Shown piece after piece: positions 19,493-28,771 of a DNA stretch of 64,000 bases (the stretch's first letter is position 1; every line of letters begins with the position of its first letter). Source of the stretch: Candidatus Gottesmanbacteria bacterium RIFCSPHIGHO2_01_FULL_40_15 (GTDB lineage: Bacteria; Patescibacteriota; Microgenomatia; 2-02-FULL-39-11); assembly GCA_001779115.1 (NCBI GenBank), contig MFJF01000012.1:33142-97141 (forward strand). The letters run 5' to 3'. A program made the translations under genes and the position numbers. The notes under the pieces were generated by a model. That model was not told where the DNA came from. It worked only from the letters and a program-made list of their open reading frames with translations, and made no database searches.

Positions 19493-22400
19493 ATGATAAA
19501 TCCAGAAGCAGGTCCTCCAAGAAGGAATCTTATGGAAGTACTTAAAGAAATCCTGAAACAATTATTGGGGAAAAAACAGGAGGAAAAATTAAGAAAGGAA
19601 GAAGCAGAAAGAAAATCAAGAGAAAAAAATGAAACCGCCAGAAAAGAAAAAAACGAACAAATCCGGCAGCAAAGAGAGAAAGAGAAAAAGAAAAAAGAAG
19701 AAAGAGAAGCGGAGAAAGCTTATCATGAGAGAAGATCGGCCCAGAAAAGAGTTGAAGAGGAGGATTTGGAGAAAGCAAGAGAAGCTATCCATAAAAAAAG
19801 CACAGAAAAGATAAAAGAACAGATTAAGAACGTAATTGAACAACCGGAACCGGAAAAAGGGAAGATCACATCAGGTTATGAAACAGCTTATTATCTTTTT
19901 CCGGAAAGTTTACGCAATGATCCACAAAAGCTAAACCAACTTTACAGATTAATTGAGGAAAATCCAAGAGCCGCTTCGGTTCTGGAAGCGTTAACCGAGA
20001 AAGACGCTGTAATTCACAGCGATCCGGGAAGACTTCTTGAAGCCGGAAAACTTCTTTATATCAGTACTCCTGATGAGTTAAAACCTGTTGCTGAGGAAAT
20101 CATCTCGGTTATAAACCGGAGGATTAAAGAACTGATTCCCATAAAAGCCGTCGAATTACAACAGAGAGGGAGGCAACAAATTAATGAAGAAACAGCCCGG
20201 CAAGCAACATTAAATGACGTTTTAAGACAGGTAGATCCATATGTAACTCCGGAACAAAGGGAACTTTTAGCAAACTGGAGGACATATGAGCAAGCGGTTG
20301 ATCAAATCTTATCAAGTCCCGGGTTTGAAGGCGAAGTCAGAAAGGTTGATATACCGGCAATACCGGGAACATTGCCGGAAACGGCGATAAAGAGCATCGA
20401 TAAAGTGTGGGAGAAGGTGGAACAGGTACAAAAGGGAAAAAGGTCACTAACAACTGAAGAACTGGACAAAATACGAAGAGAATTATATGAAGCTGAATCA
20501 GATGCGTTTCCCAAAGATGTAATACCCGGATCTGAGGAGTATAACAGAGAAGTACAAGCAATATACAGACATTCCGAGGAGAGGCTTAATCAGCTGGCCG
20601 AGATGTTCCGGGAAAGATTGAGAAGCGAGACCCCACCGGTAAAAACGGGAATTACCGATCCGGAGGAATTCCTGTTCAGAATGTCAGAGCGGTCGGGAAT
20701 TTTGGGAGATTTGTTATTGAGAAATCCGGAAATGCTTAAACTTTTTACCGGAACCGGTAAAGATGCGTACTGGTTCAGAAACCAGATTTTTTTAAGAATT
20801 CACGGATCGGTCTTAACCCAAAAAAGGGAATCTTCCGGGGAAAATTTCAGCCTATATGAAAGGTCCGATTTTACCTCATTTATAAGTTTATTAAGAGGAG
20901 GATTATCGGGCATTATTGTCCCTGATACAGGAAAAAGCGTCGGACAGACCTGGTCTGACTGGTATACATCGCTGTCTACAACAATAAGATTATCAAGGGA
21001 TATAGATTTTTGGGTGTCGCAGCCGGCAGCTTCAATTGACAACTTCAATAAATCCCTGGCTTTATTCCAAAACGAGTATTCGGTCCAGGCAATGACCATG
21101 CCGGCAGTCGAGCAAGCCTACCGGGCGTATGAGACTGCTTTGATGACAATCAGGGATACCAATGACGGCTATATTCCTCCGGCACTTATTGAGTATGATG
21201 CGGTTCACAATACCATCTATTGGGACCAATGGGCTCAGGATTTGCTTTCCAATAAAATGATTCCCCAGGGAGTTGTCAGGGACAGCGCCCGGGATTTTGA
21301 AAGAATGGGAGGGTTGCCATTAGTAAATCCCGACGGGATAACTACCCAAATCGGAGACGTGATTACCGAGGATGATTTGAAAAAAGACCCGCAGAAGCTG
21401 GAAATCCAGATGTACATGACACTGGCTAAGGGATTCGGAATGGCCAGTATGAGATTTTTGGAAATTGTAGCCAATTCCAAAGTTCCGATGGTTGGAATGC
21501 CCGGATTCCACAGCCCGGTTTATGAGGGCGCGGCTATTGCATTGAACTATTGGAATCTGTTTATGAAGAAATGGGGTCAGGGAGCATATAAATATTTCCA
21601 TATGATGAATACGGTATTGCCTTATGAAAAGCGATTACCGGTTGATTCCAAAGGAGCGGAGAAAGCTTATCTGGCTCATCTGAACGGTACATTTAAAGAG
21701 AAATATGGTGAGGAAGCAAAAAGACTTTTAGATGTATTGAATTTTGACCGTGCAAGCGGAGCATTTACGGAATTTACTCCCTGGAGGTATTTTGATGACA
21801 CAATCGGCTGGACGGATAGGCAAAAACAGTTAATGGGGGGTCCGACCAGGCATATTTTTGCCGAAAGATTTGCTAGTGAAAAAGTAAAGGAATATCTGGT
21901 TGAGGAAAGATATAAAGAGATATTCAGGAAGAGGAAAAGGGAAGCAGGTCAGCCGGATTCAGGTCCGGAATTTGACACTTTATGGTTGAATGAAGGGATA
22001 TCTATATATGAAAGTGCAATAGATAAAGACTGGAGAGAATTAAATCACCATCATAAGAAGCGTGTTGATGAGTTAATTTATAATTATACCAAAGCATTCC
22101 GATCCCGGGTGTGGGTTGAAACAGCTATGCGCAGTCCGGTGACAATGGCACATATTATTGACGTGAAAATGCCCATACCGGGATACGGAAAAGAAAAAAA
22201 ATCAAGAAAACTGCATAGTTATATTATTGAACAGGTGTTAGGAATAACTCCGGAGGATATCGAATACGGTTCGGTTGAAGGAGATGAAGGACAATATAAA
22301 ATATACGCGGCGAAATATGCTTCACCAACTGAAGCTCAAAGGATAAAGTTAAAGGAGATATTCGACCTTGAGGGGGATTTAATGTCGGTCAGGGAAATTG

Positions 22401-23347
22401 CCATGTCGGAAAACAGAGAGTTAAGAGTTAGCGATTTTGAGATAATTAAGGATACAGTCAGACAGGAACATGCCAGAAAGTATTGGAATATTGTTAAAAG
22501 ATATGTGATCGGGGACGAAAATCCCGACAGTAACAGAATTTATCAAAATTTAGGCATAGAGCTTCATTTTGACAATTATGACATTGACTGGCATAAGATT
22601 GAGCGGATTGATGAGCAAATGCGAAATTATAAGAATATTGTTGTTTTGCCGGCAACGGCCGGAACAGAAATGTCAGTGTTACCGCAAGCTTTTGAGGAGG
22701 AGTGGCTTAACAAAGAATTTGAATGGGTGGAATCAACCGATGATACGGCTTTCCGGGAGATGGATCTTCTTAATTTGGGATCAAGACAATGGGTAAGAAG
22801 GGGCGGAGATGTTGCCTCGCACTTTCAAGGATCGCAGTTAACAGCTGAATATTTTGACGTGGAATTAACACCCAATCCTGATCCGAGTAAGCTAGCTGAA
22901 GCACTTTTGAAGATAAGAAAAGCGTACCAGGGGGATGATATCGGGGTAGGATACCGGCTGGCGGGAGCTTTGGGGCAGCTGACCAGCAAGTTATACGAAT
23001 TTGATTATAAAAGACTGGGGTCTGCCGCCCAAATGGAGGTTTGGAATACAAGAAGAGGGGTAGCAGCCTGGAATGCCAACGGCAGGCGGGCTTTTTGGGA
23101 TGCAGTTGAGCATATGGATGTAATCCCTCCCCATGCAGAATTTGAATTTCCGAATCCATTTTTGCAAGGGCCACCAATAAGAGACGTCAAATACATGAAT
23201 ATTCATGAGTTGAGACACCTGAATCATGCCGATAATGCCGATGTCTGGGTGGAAATACTTACTTTGGGAATTTTGCTGGCAACAGCAATTACCGTTTGGA
23301 GGGCGTTCACGGCCAAAAGCGAAGAGGAAGAAGCAGGGGGACATTAA
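19493..23347 (+). CDS. Large hypothetical protein, 1284 aa
   Basis: Long uninterrupted ORF with a Lys/Glu coiled-coil N-terminus, one C-terminal TM helix and an acidic tail. Confidence 0.75.
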   Translation: MINPEAGPPRRNLMEVLKEILKQLLGKKQEEKLRKEEAERKSREKNETARKEKNEQIRQQREKEKKKKEEREAEKAYHERRSAQKRVEEEDLEKAREAIHKKSTEKIKEQIKNVIEQPEPEKGKITSGYETAYYLFPESLRNDPQKLNQLYRLIEENPRAASVLEALTEKDAVIHSDPGRLLEAGKLLYISTPDELKPVAEEIISVINRRIKELIPIKAVELQQRGRQQINEETARQATLNDVLRQVDPYVTPEQRELLANWRTYEQAVDQILSSPGFEGEVRKVDIPAIPGTLPETAIKSIDKVWEKVEQVQKGKRSLTTEELDKIRRELYEAESDAFPKDVIPGSEEYNREVQAIYRHSEERLNQLAEMFRERLRSETPPVKTGITDPEEFLFRMSERSGILGDLLLRNPEMLKLFTGTGKDAYWFRNQIFLRIHGSVLTQKRESSGENFSLYERSDFTSFISLLRGGLSGIIVPDTGKSVGQTWSDWYTSLSTTIRLSRDIDFWVSQPAASIDNFNKSLALFQNEYSVQAMTMPAVEQAYRAYETALMTIRDTNDGYIPPALIEYDAVHNTIYWDQWAQDLLSNKMIPQGVVRDSARDFERMGGLPLVNPDGITTQIGDVITEDDLKKDPQKLEIQMYMTLAKGFGMASMRFLEIVANSKVPMVGMPGFHSPVYEGAAIALNYWNLFMKKWGQGAYKYFHMMNTVLPYEKRLPVDSKGAEKAYLAHLNGTFKEKYGEEAKRLLDVLNFDRASGAFTEFTPWRYFDDTIGWTDRQKQLMGGPTRHIFAERFASEKVKEYLVEERYKEIFRKRKREAGQPDSGPEFDTLWLNEGISIYESAIDKDWRELNHHHKKRVDELIYNYTKAFRSRVWVETAMRSPVTMAHIIDVKMPIPGYGKEKKSRKLHSYIIEQVLGITPEDIEYGSVEGDEGQYKIYAAKYASPTEAQRIKLKEIFDLEGDLMSVREIAMSENRELRVSDFEIIKDTVRQEHARKYWNIVKRYVIGDENPDSNRIYQNLGIELHFDNYDIDWHKIERIDEQMRNYKNIVVLPATAGTEMSVLPQAFEEEWLNKEFEWVESTDDTAFREMDLLNLGSRQWVRRGGDVASHFQGSQLTAEYFDVELTPNPDPSKLAEALLKIRKAYQGDDIGVGYRLAGALGQLTSKLYEFDYKRLGSAAQMEVWNTRRGVAAWNANGRRAFWDAVEHMDVIPPHAEFEFPNPFLQGPPIRDVKYMNIHELRHLNHADNADVWVEILTLGILLATAITVWRAFTAKSEEEEAGGH

Positions 23348-24852
23348 TTTCCCCTATGGGTAGGTTTCTGGCCGCCGCCGAATATGCCTTTGAGAGGACC
23401 GGGAAGGTTCTGCATGGTTGACTGCAAATAATAGAACTGGCTGGCAGCACCCATTGTAGTTTGGGTAGCTCCGGTCAGGGGAGCAAAAGCCGTTCCGGCA
23501 GTAATCGGCAGGAGCGGTTTGGGATGGAAAGCTTTTTTAACCGTAGCAATTAGCGTGGGAGCGAGAAAGAGAACTCCCAGTCCCAGAAAGGCGGTAAAAG
23601 ATCCTTTACCGGGCATGGAGATAAAGGGCGGTGAGAAAAGGCTCCCTGTATCAGTATTGATTTGGGCCAGATATTGGGCAAACATCAGTATGGCCACAGT
23701 TGTCGGGAAAACGACCAGGTTGGCAATAACATTCATAATCCACTGGGAAAAAGCCGAGCGGCCGGGGACAGCTTCAAGAAGGAGCTGGAGAGGACCAATT
23801 ACCAGGGCAATAAGGAGTTGAATATAGGAATTTAAAAGCAGAAGAAAAATCCTGATAAAAGTAAAAAGCAGTCCCAGGAAAAGAATCAGAATAAATAATG
23901 CTCCGATGGCACCGCCGCCGATTAAAACCGCCCACCAGCCGGCCTGCAATATCAGCGCGATTATTCCAACAGCAGTTCCGGATCCCAGATAAGCGGTGAA
24001 ATTCCTTTTGAAAAAATCATCCAGCGTTGAGAAACCGCCGGAAAAAACGGTTTTAAAAAGATCGCCAAAATCAGCCGTTAGAAAATATGTCTGAAATTCA
24101 GCAACCCTTGATGATTGTTCAAAACCATTGGCCAAAAGACTGACTATTATGGCCGTAGACAAATACATGAGATCAACCAGAAAACCGATAATCGGGTATG
24201 AAAGAGTGATAAGAATCAGAGTAATAACAATCTTGGGAAGAGCAGCCTGGACGGAAATAACTGTTTTGGGATCGATTTTCATACGGAAGATGACCATAAA
24301 TCCTATGGCAATCATGATGACAATCATGACAGAGTAGGAGATATTGCGGGTAACTTTCCAGAGAGGCAGAAGAGGGGAAAGTCCGGCAAAACCGATACCC
24401 TGGGCATAGGCCGGTTTAACAAGAATACCTGAATTTTCCAGCATATCATACGCGTAATAGATACCCGAGGCAGGCGGATTAGCGTAGATCGTTCCGATTG
24501 CCCGAGCGAGCGCGCCCATCATAGTATATTTTTCATTACAATATTTTTGATCGATACAACCAATCTGACTGGCAAGAGCATAGGGCATAACTCCGGCAAA
24601 TCTGATCATGACATCACGATCAAAAACCTGGGTTGCTCCCTCTTGTTGCGCTGTTATCCGGGCCTGTTCTCCCTGTTGATTTAATGTATCAACACTGGTG
24701 TCGAGCAGAATATCCTGGGGATTGGCAGCGGAAGTGAAATGTAATTTTATAAATAAGGATAAGACCAGGAAGACAATAGAAAAGAATAAAATTCTCCGGG
24801 GCAGTTTAGGCATGTCTAATTTCATTATTTCCGCTTGTGAGGGAAGTGTCAA
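23344..24852 (-). CDS. Polytopic membrane protein, VirB6/TrbL-like (CPR type)
   Basis: Signal-like N-terminus and several TM helices (ALPKIVITLILITLSYPIIGFLVDL); downstream of two pilin-like genes. Confidence 0.55.
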   Translation of the reverse strand: MTLPSQAEIMKLDMPKLPRRILFFSIVFLVLSLFIKLHFTSAANPQDILLDTSVDTLNQQGEQARITAQQEGATQVFDRDVMIRFAGVMPYALASQIGCIDQKYCNEKYTMMGALARAIGTIYANPPASGIYYAYDMLENSGILVKPAYAQGIGFAGLSPLLPLWKVTRNISYSVMIVIMIAIGFMVIFRMKIDPKTVISVQAALPKIVITLILITLSYPIIGFLVDLMYLSTAIIVSLLANGFEQSSRVAEFQTYFLTADFGDLFKTVFSGGFSTLDDFFKRNFTAYLGSGTAVGIIALILQAGWWAVLIGGGAIGALFILILFLGLLFTFIRIFLLLLNSYIQLLIALVIGPLQLLLEAVPGRSAFSQWIMNVIANLVVFPTTVAILMFAQYLAQINTDTGSLFSPPFISMPGKGSFTAFLGLGVLFLAPTLIATVKKAFHPKPLLPITAGTAFAPLTGATQTTMGAASQFYYLQSTMQNLPGPLKGIFGGGQKPTHRGN

Positions 24853-24868
24853 GTTTTGATAGGGAATT

Positions 24869-25192
24869 TCAGGTTCCGGGGACGGTAAAGATGGTAATTT
24901 TTACTCCGGTGTAAAATTCAATAATCCTGAATATCAAAAAAGCAATTGCCATAAGAGCAATTCCCATGACGGCATAAGTCATAGTCTGTTTGGCTGAGGC
25001 TGCAGCTTTTGGGTCGCCGGCGGCCGTTAACAATTTAAATCCGCCGACAATGAGCATGATAAACAGTGCCAAAAGTCCAAGACTTATGGCAATATTGAGA
25101 ATTTGTTTGTAGACAGCTTCGAGGCATTTGAGAGTCGGCACGTCAACACCGCCGATTGTTTTTATACAAGGAACTCCGGCCCAAGGTTTCAT
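24869..25192 (-). CDS. VirB2/TrbC-like pilin
   Basis: 107 aa; two TM helices joined by GGFKLLTAAGDPKAAASAKQTMTYAVMG. Confidence 0.75.
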   Translation of the reverse strand: MKPWAGVPCIKTIGGVDVPTLKCLEAVYKQILNIAISLGLLALFIMLIVGGFKLLTAAGDPKAAASAKQTMTYAVMGIALMAIAFLIFRIIEFYTGVKITIFTVPGT

Positions 25193-25207
25193 GAAGTATC
25201 AGTAAGA

Positions 25208-25594
25208 TCAGACTCCGCTCGGAATTACTAAGTTAAAGATATTTTGAATTCCGAAGAACCGGCCGACCAGAATCATGATCGCCCAGGCGGCAAAGACAAC
25301 AAAAAGACCGATAATGGCAGCCTGAATTCTTTTCTGGGCAGCTTCAACACCGGCTTTATCTCCGCCTGATGTTATCCATTGGAATCCGCCAAGCAATAAG
25401 TAAATAAAGGCAGCAAGAGTGGCGACAACCAGAATTGCGCCTATCGCTCCGCTTATCAACCTTCCCAAATCAGTTACCCTAAGATTTGGCGGTGCCGGAA
25501 TATTTAACGGAACTCCCTGAGCGTAAACGGCTGTTGACAAAAGATGAAAGGAAAATGGAAGCGACCCGATGAACAATTTCTTAAATGCGGTCAT
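25208..25594 (-). CDS. VirB2/TrbC-like pilin
   Basis: Signal peptide ending AVYA; two TM helices joined by GGFQWITSGGDKAGVEAAQKRIQAAIIG. Confidence 0.78.
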   Translation of the reverse strand: MTAFKKLFIGSLPFSFHLLSTAVYAQGVPLNIPAPPNLRVTDLGRLISGAIGAILVVATLAAFIYLLLGGFQWITSGGDKAGVEAAQKRIQAAIIGLFVVFAAWAIMILVGRFFGIQNIFNLVIPSGV

Positions 25595-25647
25595 TTTATT
25601 GTATTATGAACATACTTAAACATGCTTGTCAAGTAGGGATAAAAAAA

Positions 25648-26001
25648 ATGAAAAAAATAATTAATCTAAGATTGAAAGAATTTCTTTTGCTATTCCTGAT
25701 GTTAGTACTGTTTGTCAACCTGATTAATTCCTGGATGAAGCTTAAAGAAAGGATTAACTTAATCAAAGAAACTGAAAATAAAGTAATTGAAGAAGAGAAA
25801 TTCCAGGAGAATCTGGAAAGGGAGCTGGCCCAAGCGGAAAGCGATGTATATATCGAAAAACAGGCACGCGAGAAACTTAATATGGGGAAAGACGGGGAAA
25901 TAGTAGTACTTTTACCCACTCCGGTTTTATCTCCCAGTCCGACAGCGGTTCCAGACGATAGAAGTGCCAACTGGCAGAAATGGATGCGGCTGTTTTGGTA
26001 G
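25648..26001 (+). CDS. Septum formation initiator (FtsB/DivIC-like)
   Basis: N-terminal TM helix, coiled coil and YIEKQAREKLNMGKDGE. Confidence 0.8.
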   Translation: MKKIINLRLKEFLLLFLMLVLFVNLINSWMKLKERINLIKETENKVIEEEKFQENLERELAQAESDVYIEKQAREKLNMGKDGEIVVLLPTPVLSPSPTAVPDDRSANWQKWMRLFW

Positions 26002-26010
26002 GGGATGTTG

Positions 26011-26082
26011 TACCAGGGGAGAGGATTGAACTCTCGACCGCCGGTTTATGAATCCGGTGCTCTACCACTGAGCTACCCTGGC
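26011..26082 (-). tRNA. tRNA with CAT anticodon, probably elongator Met (Ile2 not excluded)
   Basis: GCCAGGGTAGCTCAGTGGTAGAGCACCGGATTCATAAACCGGCGGTCGAGAGTTCAATCCTCTCCCCTGGTA folds into a cloverleaf; CCA not encoded. Confidence 0.88.
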
Positions 26083-26179
26083 TAAATACCCTCTGATTTT
26101 AGCATAATTTTAAAAATCTTATAAGAACCTCAACGAATATAAAAGTTTCTTATAATTAATATTATTTATAATTTGTAAA

Positions 26180-26509
26180 ATGACTGATTTAACAAAAAAG
26201 AAATGCGTTCCTTGTGAAGGCGGAGAGCCGCCGCTTGAGAAGGAAAAAGTTAATATATTGTTGAAAGAAGTGTCCGGTTGGGAGCTTGTTGAGGGAATGG
26301 TTGTCCGAAAATTTAAGTTTAAGGATTTCCGGGAGGCAGTTGATTTTGTTAACCGGGTGGCTGATTTGTCTGAAGAGGAAAATCATCATCCCAATATATC
26401 AATTTACGGCTGGAATAAGGTAAAGCTGACTTTTTATACGCATAAAATAAACGGGTTGTCGGAGAATGATTTTATTATGGCCGCTAAAGTTAATAAAATT
26501 CTTTCCTGA
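26180..26509 (+). CDS. Pterin-4-alpha-carbinolamine dehydratase
   Basis: KKCVPCEGG, EEENHHP and THKINGLSENDFIMAAK. Confidence 0.9.
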   Translation: MTDLTKKKCVPCEGGEPPLEKEKVNILLKEVSGWELVEGMVVRKFKFKDFREAVDFVNRVADLSEEENHHPNISIYGWNKVKLTFYTHKINGLSENDFIMAAKVNKILS

Positions 26510-26530
26510 TATTAGCGTATCTTTTTTGCC

Positions 26531-26559
26531 TTGAACCCGAAGTCAAATTCAGCTATAAT
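26531..26559 (+). promoter_or_regulatory. Sigma70-type promoter of the initiator tRNA
   Basis: TTGAAC-N17-TATAAT, 13 nt upstream of the tRNA. Confidence 0.7.
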
Positions 26560-26572
26560 AGCAATCTGTAAC

Positions 26573-26642
26573 CGCGGAGTAGTGTAAAGTTGCACAGGAG
26601 GCTCATAATCTCCTAGGCTGGGTGCGATTCCCAGCTCCGCAA
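26573..26642 (+). tRNA. Initiator tRNA-fMet (CAT), non-canonical
   Basis: CGCGGAG/CTCCGCA acceptor stem with C1xA72 mismatch; anticodon arm GGAGG-CTCATAA-TCTCC; T-arm CTGGG-TGCGATT-CCCAG. Confidence 0.85.
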
Positions 26643-26650
26643 CACATTCG

Positions 26651-26703
26651 ACTCGCTTACGCTCGCTCAGTGCAAGCACTGGATAAGGTAAGCGAGTTTT
26701 TTT
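26651..26703 (+). terminator. Intrinsic terminator-like hairpin after tRNA-fMet
   Basis: ACTCGCTTAC/GTAAGCGAGT 10-bp stem with inner CAGTGC/GCACTG, followed by a T tract. Confidence 0.65.
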
Positions 26704-26769
26704 ATTGAAAGAATATATTGAACCAAAGTCGAATGTGCCCTGTGCCTGTCGAAAGGGTAAAATAAAATC

Positions 26770-27015
26770 ATGTGGTTTGTTTATCTTTTATTATGTAAAG
26801 ACGGGAGTTTCTATACAGGTGTTTCCAACAATCCACAACAGCGATTTTTGGAACATAAGAATGGTAAAGGAGGGAGATATACCAGGTCTCACGGAGCAGT
26901 TAAGATAATTTATACAGAAAAATGCGAATCAAAGAGCGAAGCCTTTAAGAGAGAAAGTCAAATTAAAGGATGGAGCAGAGAGGAAAAAATTAGGACATTG
27001 AATTTAGAATTTTAA
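26770..27015 (+). CDS. Small GIY-YIG nuclease (UPF0213-like)
   Basis: WFVYLLLCKDGSFYTG, RFLEH, GGRYT and AFKRESQIKGWSREEK. Confidence 0.9.
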   Translation: MWFVYLLLCKDGSFYTGVSNNPQQRFLEHKNGKGGRYTRSHGAVKIIYTEKCESKSEAFKRESQIKGWSREEKIRTLNLEF

Positions 27016-27148
27016 CCTTATCGGTTACAGAGACAGCATAAACCCGGATAACGATATAAAACTTGAAATATTCCGGAAAGAGAAGTAAAGTAATTATTTA
27101 AAATATAGATTCAGATAAATACAACATTTCCGGAATTACCAATTCTTA

Positions 27149-27958
27149 ATGCTACCCGCTTTTTTAATTACTTTCAGGGAAGTTATCGAAGCTTCACTTA
27201 TTGTAGCGACAATATTGGGGATTCTGGTTAAATTAAATCAGAAGAAAGGGATTAAAACAGTCTGGTCGGCAACAGGGGCAGCCACCGGAGTGAGCATTCT
27301 CCTTCTGGGGCTGGGGAGCGTATTGGGGATAAGAATACAGAAAATATACAGCGGAAAAACGGAAGAATTGATTGAAGGAGTTCTGATGGTGATTTCCGCG
27401 ATATTTATCACCTGGGCAGTATTTTTTCTTCATAATTATTTCGGCAAATATAAAACCCGATTACTTTCAAAAATTAAATCTTCAATTGAGAATAAAGAAC
27501 AAAAAGGATTATTTATACTTACTTTTACGGCGGTTTTCAGAGAAGGATTTGAGATAGTACTTTTTCTGTCAACGATCTATTTTACATCCGATCCTGAGAG
27601 AATTTTTGTCGGTTTTCTGGCCGGGAGTGCAGGGGCGCTTTTGGTTTCATTCGGATTGTTTGCAGTAACATTAAGACTACCGGTTTATTACGCTTTCAAA
27701 ATTTCCAGCCTACTTCTGATACTTTTTGCGGGGGGACTTTTAGCCCGCGGAATACACGAGTTTTCGGAATTCGGACTTTTACCGGAAATTTATAAAATAA
27801 CATTTACGTTTATACCGGAGAAAGCCACTTTTTCAGGAGAAATGATTAAGGCAGTTTTCGGGATAACCCAAAAAATGGATCTGATTCAATTATCAATCTA
27901 CGGAGTTTACGTACTATTAATGAGCCGGATTTGTTTCTCTGGAAAAGCGACAAAGTAA
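27149..27958 (+). CDS. FTR1/EfeU-family iron permease
   Basis: Two RExxE motifs (FREVIE, FREGFE) and about 7 TM helices. Confidence 0.9.
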   Translation: MLPAFLITFREVIEASLIVATILGILVKLNQKKGIKTVWSATGAATGVSILLLGLGSVLGIRIQKIYSGKTEELIEGVLMVISAIFITWAVFFLHNYFGKYKTRLLSKIKSSIENKEQKGLFILTFTAVFREGFEIVLFLSTIYFTSDPERIFVGFLAGSAGALLVSFGLFAVTLRLPVYYAFKISSLLLILFAGGLLARGIHEFSEFGLLPEIYKITFTFIPEKATFSGEMIKAVFGITQKMDLIQLSIYGVYVLLMSRICFSGKATK

Positions 27959-27979
27959 ATCCGGTAAAATTTACAACAA

Positions 27980-28771
27980 ATGGAGGAAAAAATATATTTC
28001 AAAACAAGCGACAATTTAAAACTGTGCGGAATTTGGACAAAATCGGATGGAAGAGCCAAGACAGCAGTAATTCTGGCGCACGGAATTTCGGTTGATAAAG
28101 AAGAGGACGGAATGTTTTGTGCACTGGCCGAAATGCTGGCGGAAAGCGGTATGGTATCTTTGCGGTTTGATTTTAGAGGACACGGAGAAAGCGGGGGCAA
28201 ACAGGAGGAGATGACTCTACCGGGAGAGATGAAAGATCTGTCGGCTGTTTATAAAAAGGTACAGGAGAGAGGATTTAGGAAGATAGGTATAGTAGGATCA
28301 AGCTTAGGAGGAGGCATTACGGTTCTGGCGGCAAATATATTCCAGGACGATGTGAAAGCTTTATGTCTTTGGAACCCGGTTCTTAATTATAACGAGACTT
28401 TTATCAACCCATTCCTTCCCTGGCTTAGGGATGATATTAATCGGATGAAGGAGGAATTAAAAAGAACCGGCCGGACAAATTTGCCCGGAGAACAACCTTT
28501 TAAAATAGGCCGGCAACTTTTTGAAGAGATGAAGAAAATTGAGCCTTATAAGAGGCTGGACAGGATAAAAATTCCGGTACTTATTATCCACGGGGATAAG
28601 GATAATTACGTGCCTTTTAAACATTCTGAAGCCGCATTGGGAAGTTTGAAAGGTTGGAAGAAGCTTATTAAAATTAAAGGATCAGACCACGGTTTCAGCG
28701 GTGAAAAGGGGGATGAATACAAAAAGACAGCTTATCAGGCTACGTTAGAATTTTTCCTTAAGTTTTTATGA
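27980..28771 (+). CDS. Alpha/beta hydrolase
   Basis: AHG, FDFRGHGES, GSSLGG, HGDKD and DHGF. Confidence 0.9.
   Translation: MEEKIYFKTSDNLKLCGIWTKSDGRAKTAVILAHGISVDKEEDGMFCALAEMLAESGMVSLRFDFRGHGESGGKQEEMTLPGEMKDLSAVYKKVQERGFRKIGIVGSSLGGGITVLAANIFQDDVKALCLWNPVLNYNETFINPFLPWLRDDINRMKEELKRTGRTNLPGEQPFKIGRQLFEEMKKIEPYKRLDRIKIPVLIIHGDKDNYVPFKHSEAALGSLKGWKKLIKIKGSDHGFSGEKGDEYKKTAYQATLEFFLKFL

Noticed and set aside
25877..26068. 63-aa ORF on the minus strand
   Set aside because: It overlaps the tRNA and is antisense to the FtsB-like gene.
26705..26908. 67-aa ORF with several Cys residues
   Set aside because: It overlaps the well-supported GIY-YIG gene out of frame and begins in the repeat region.
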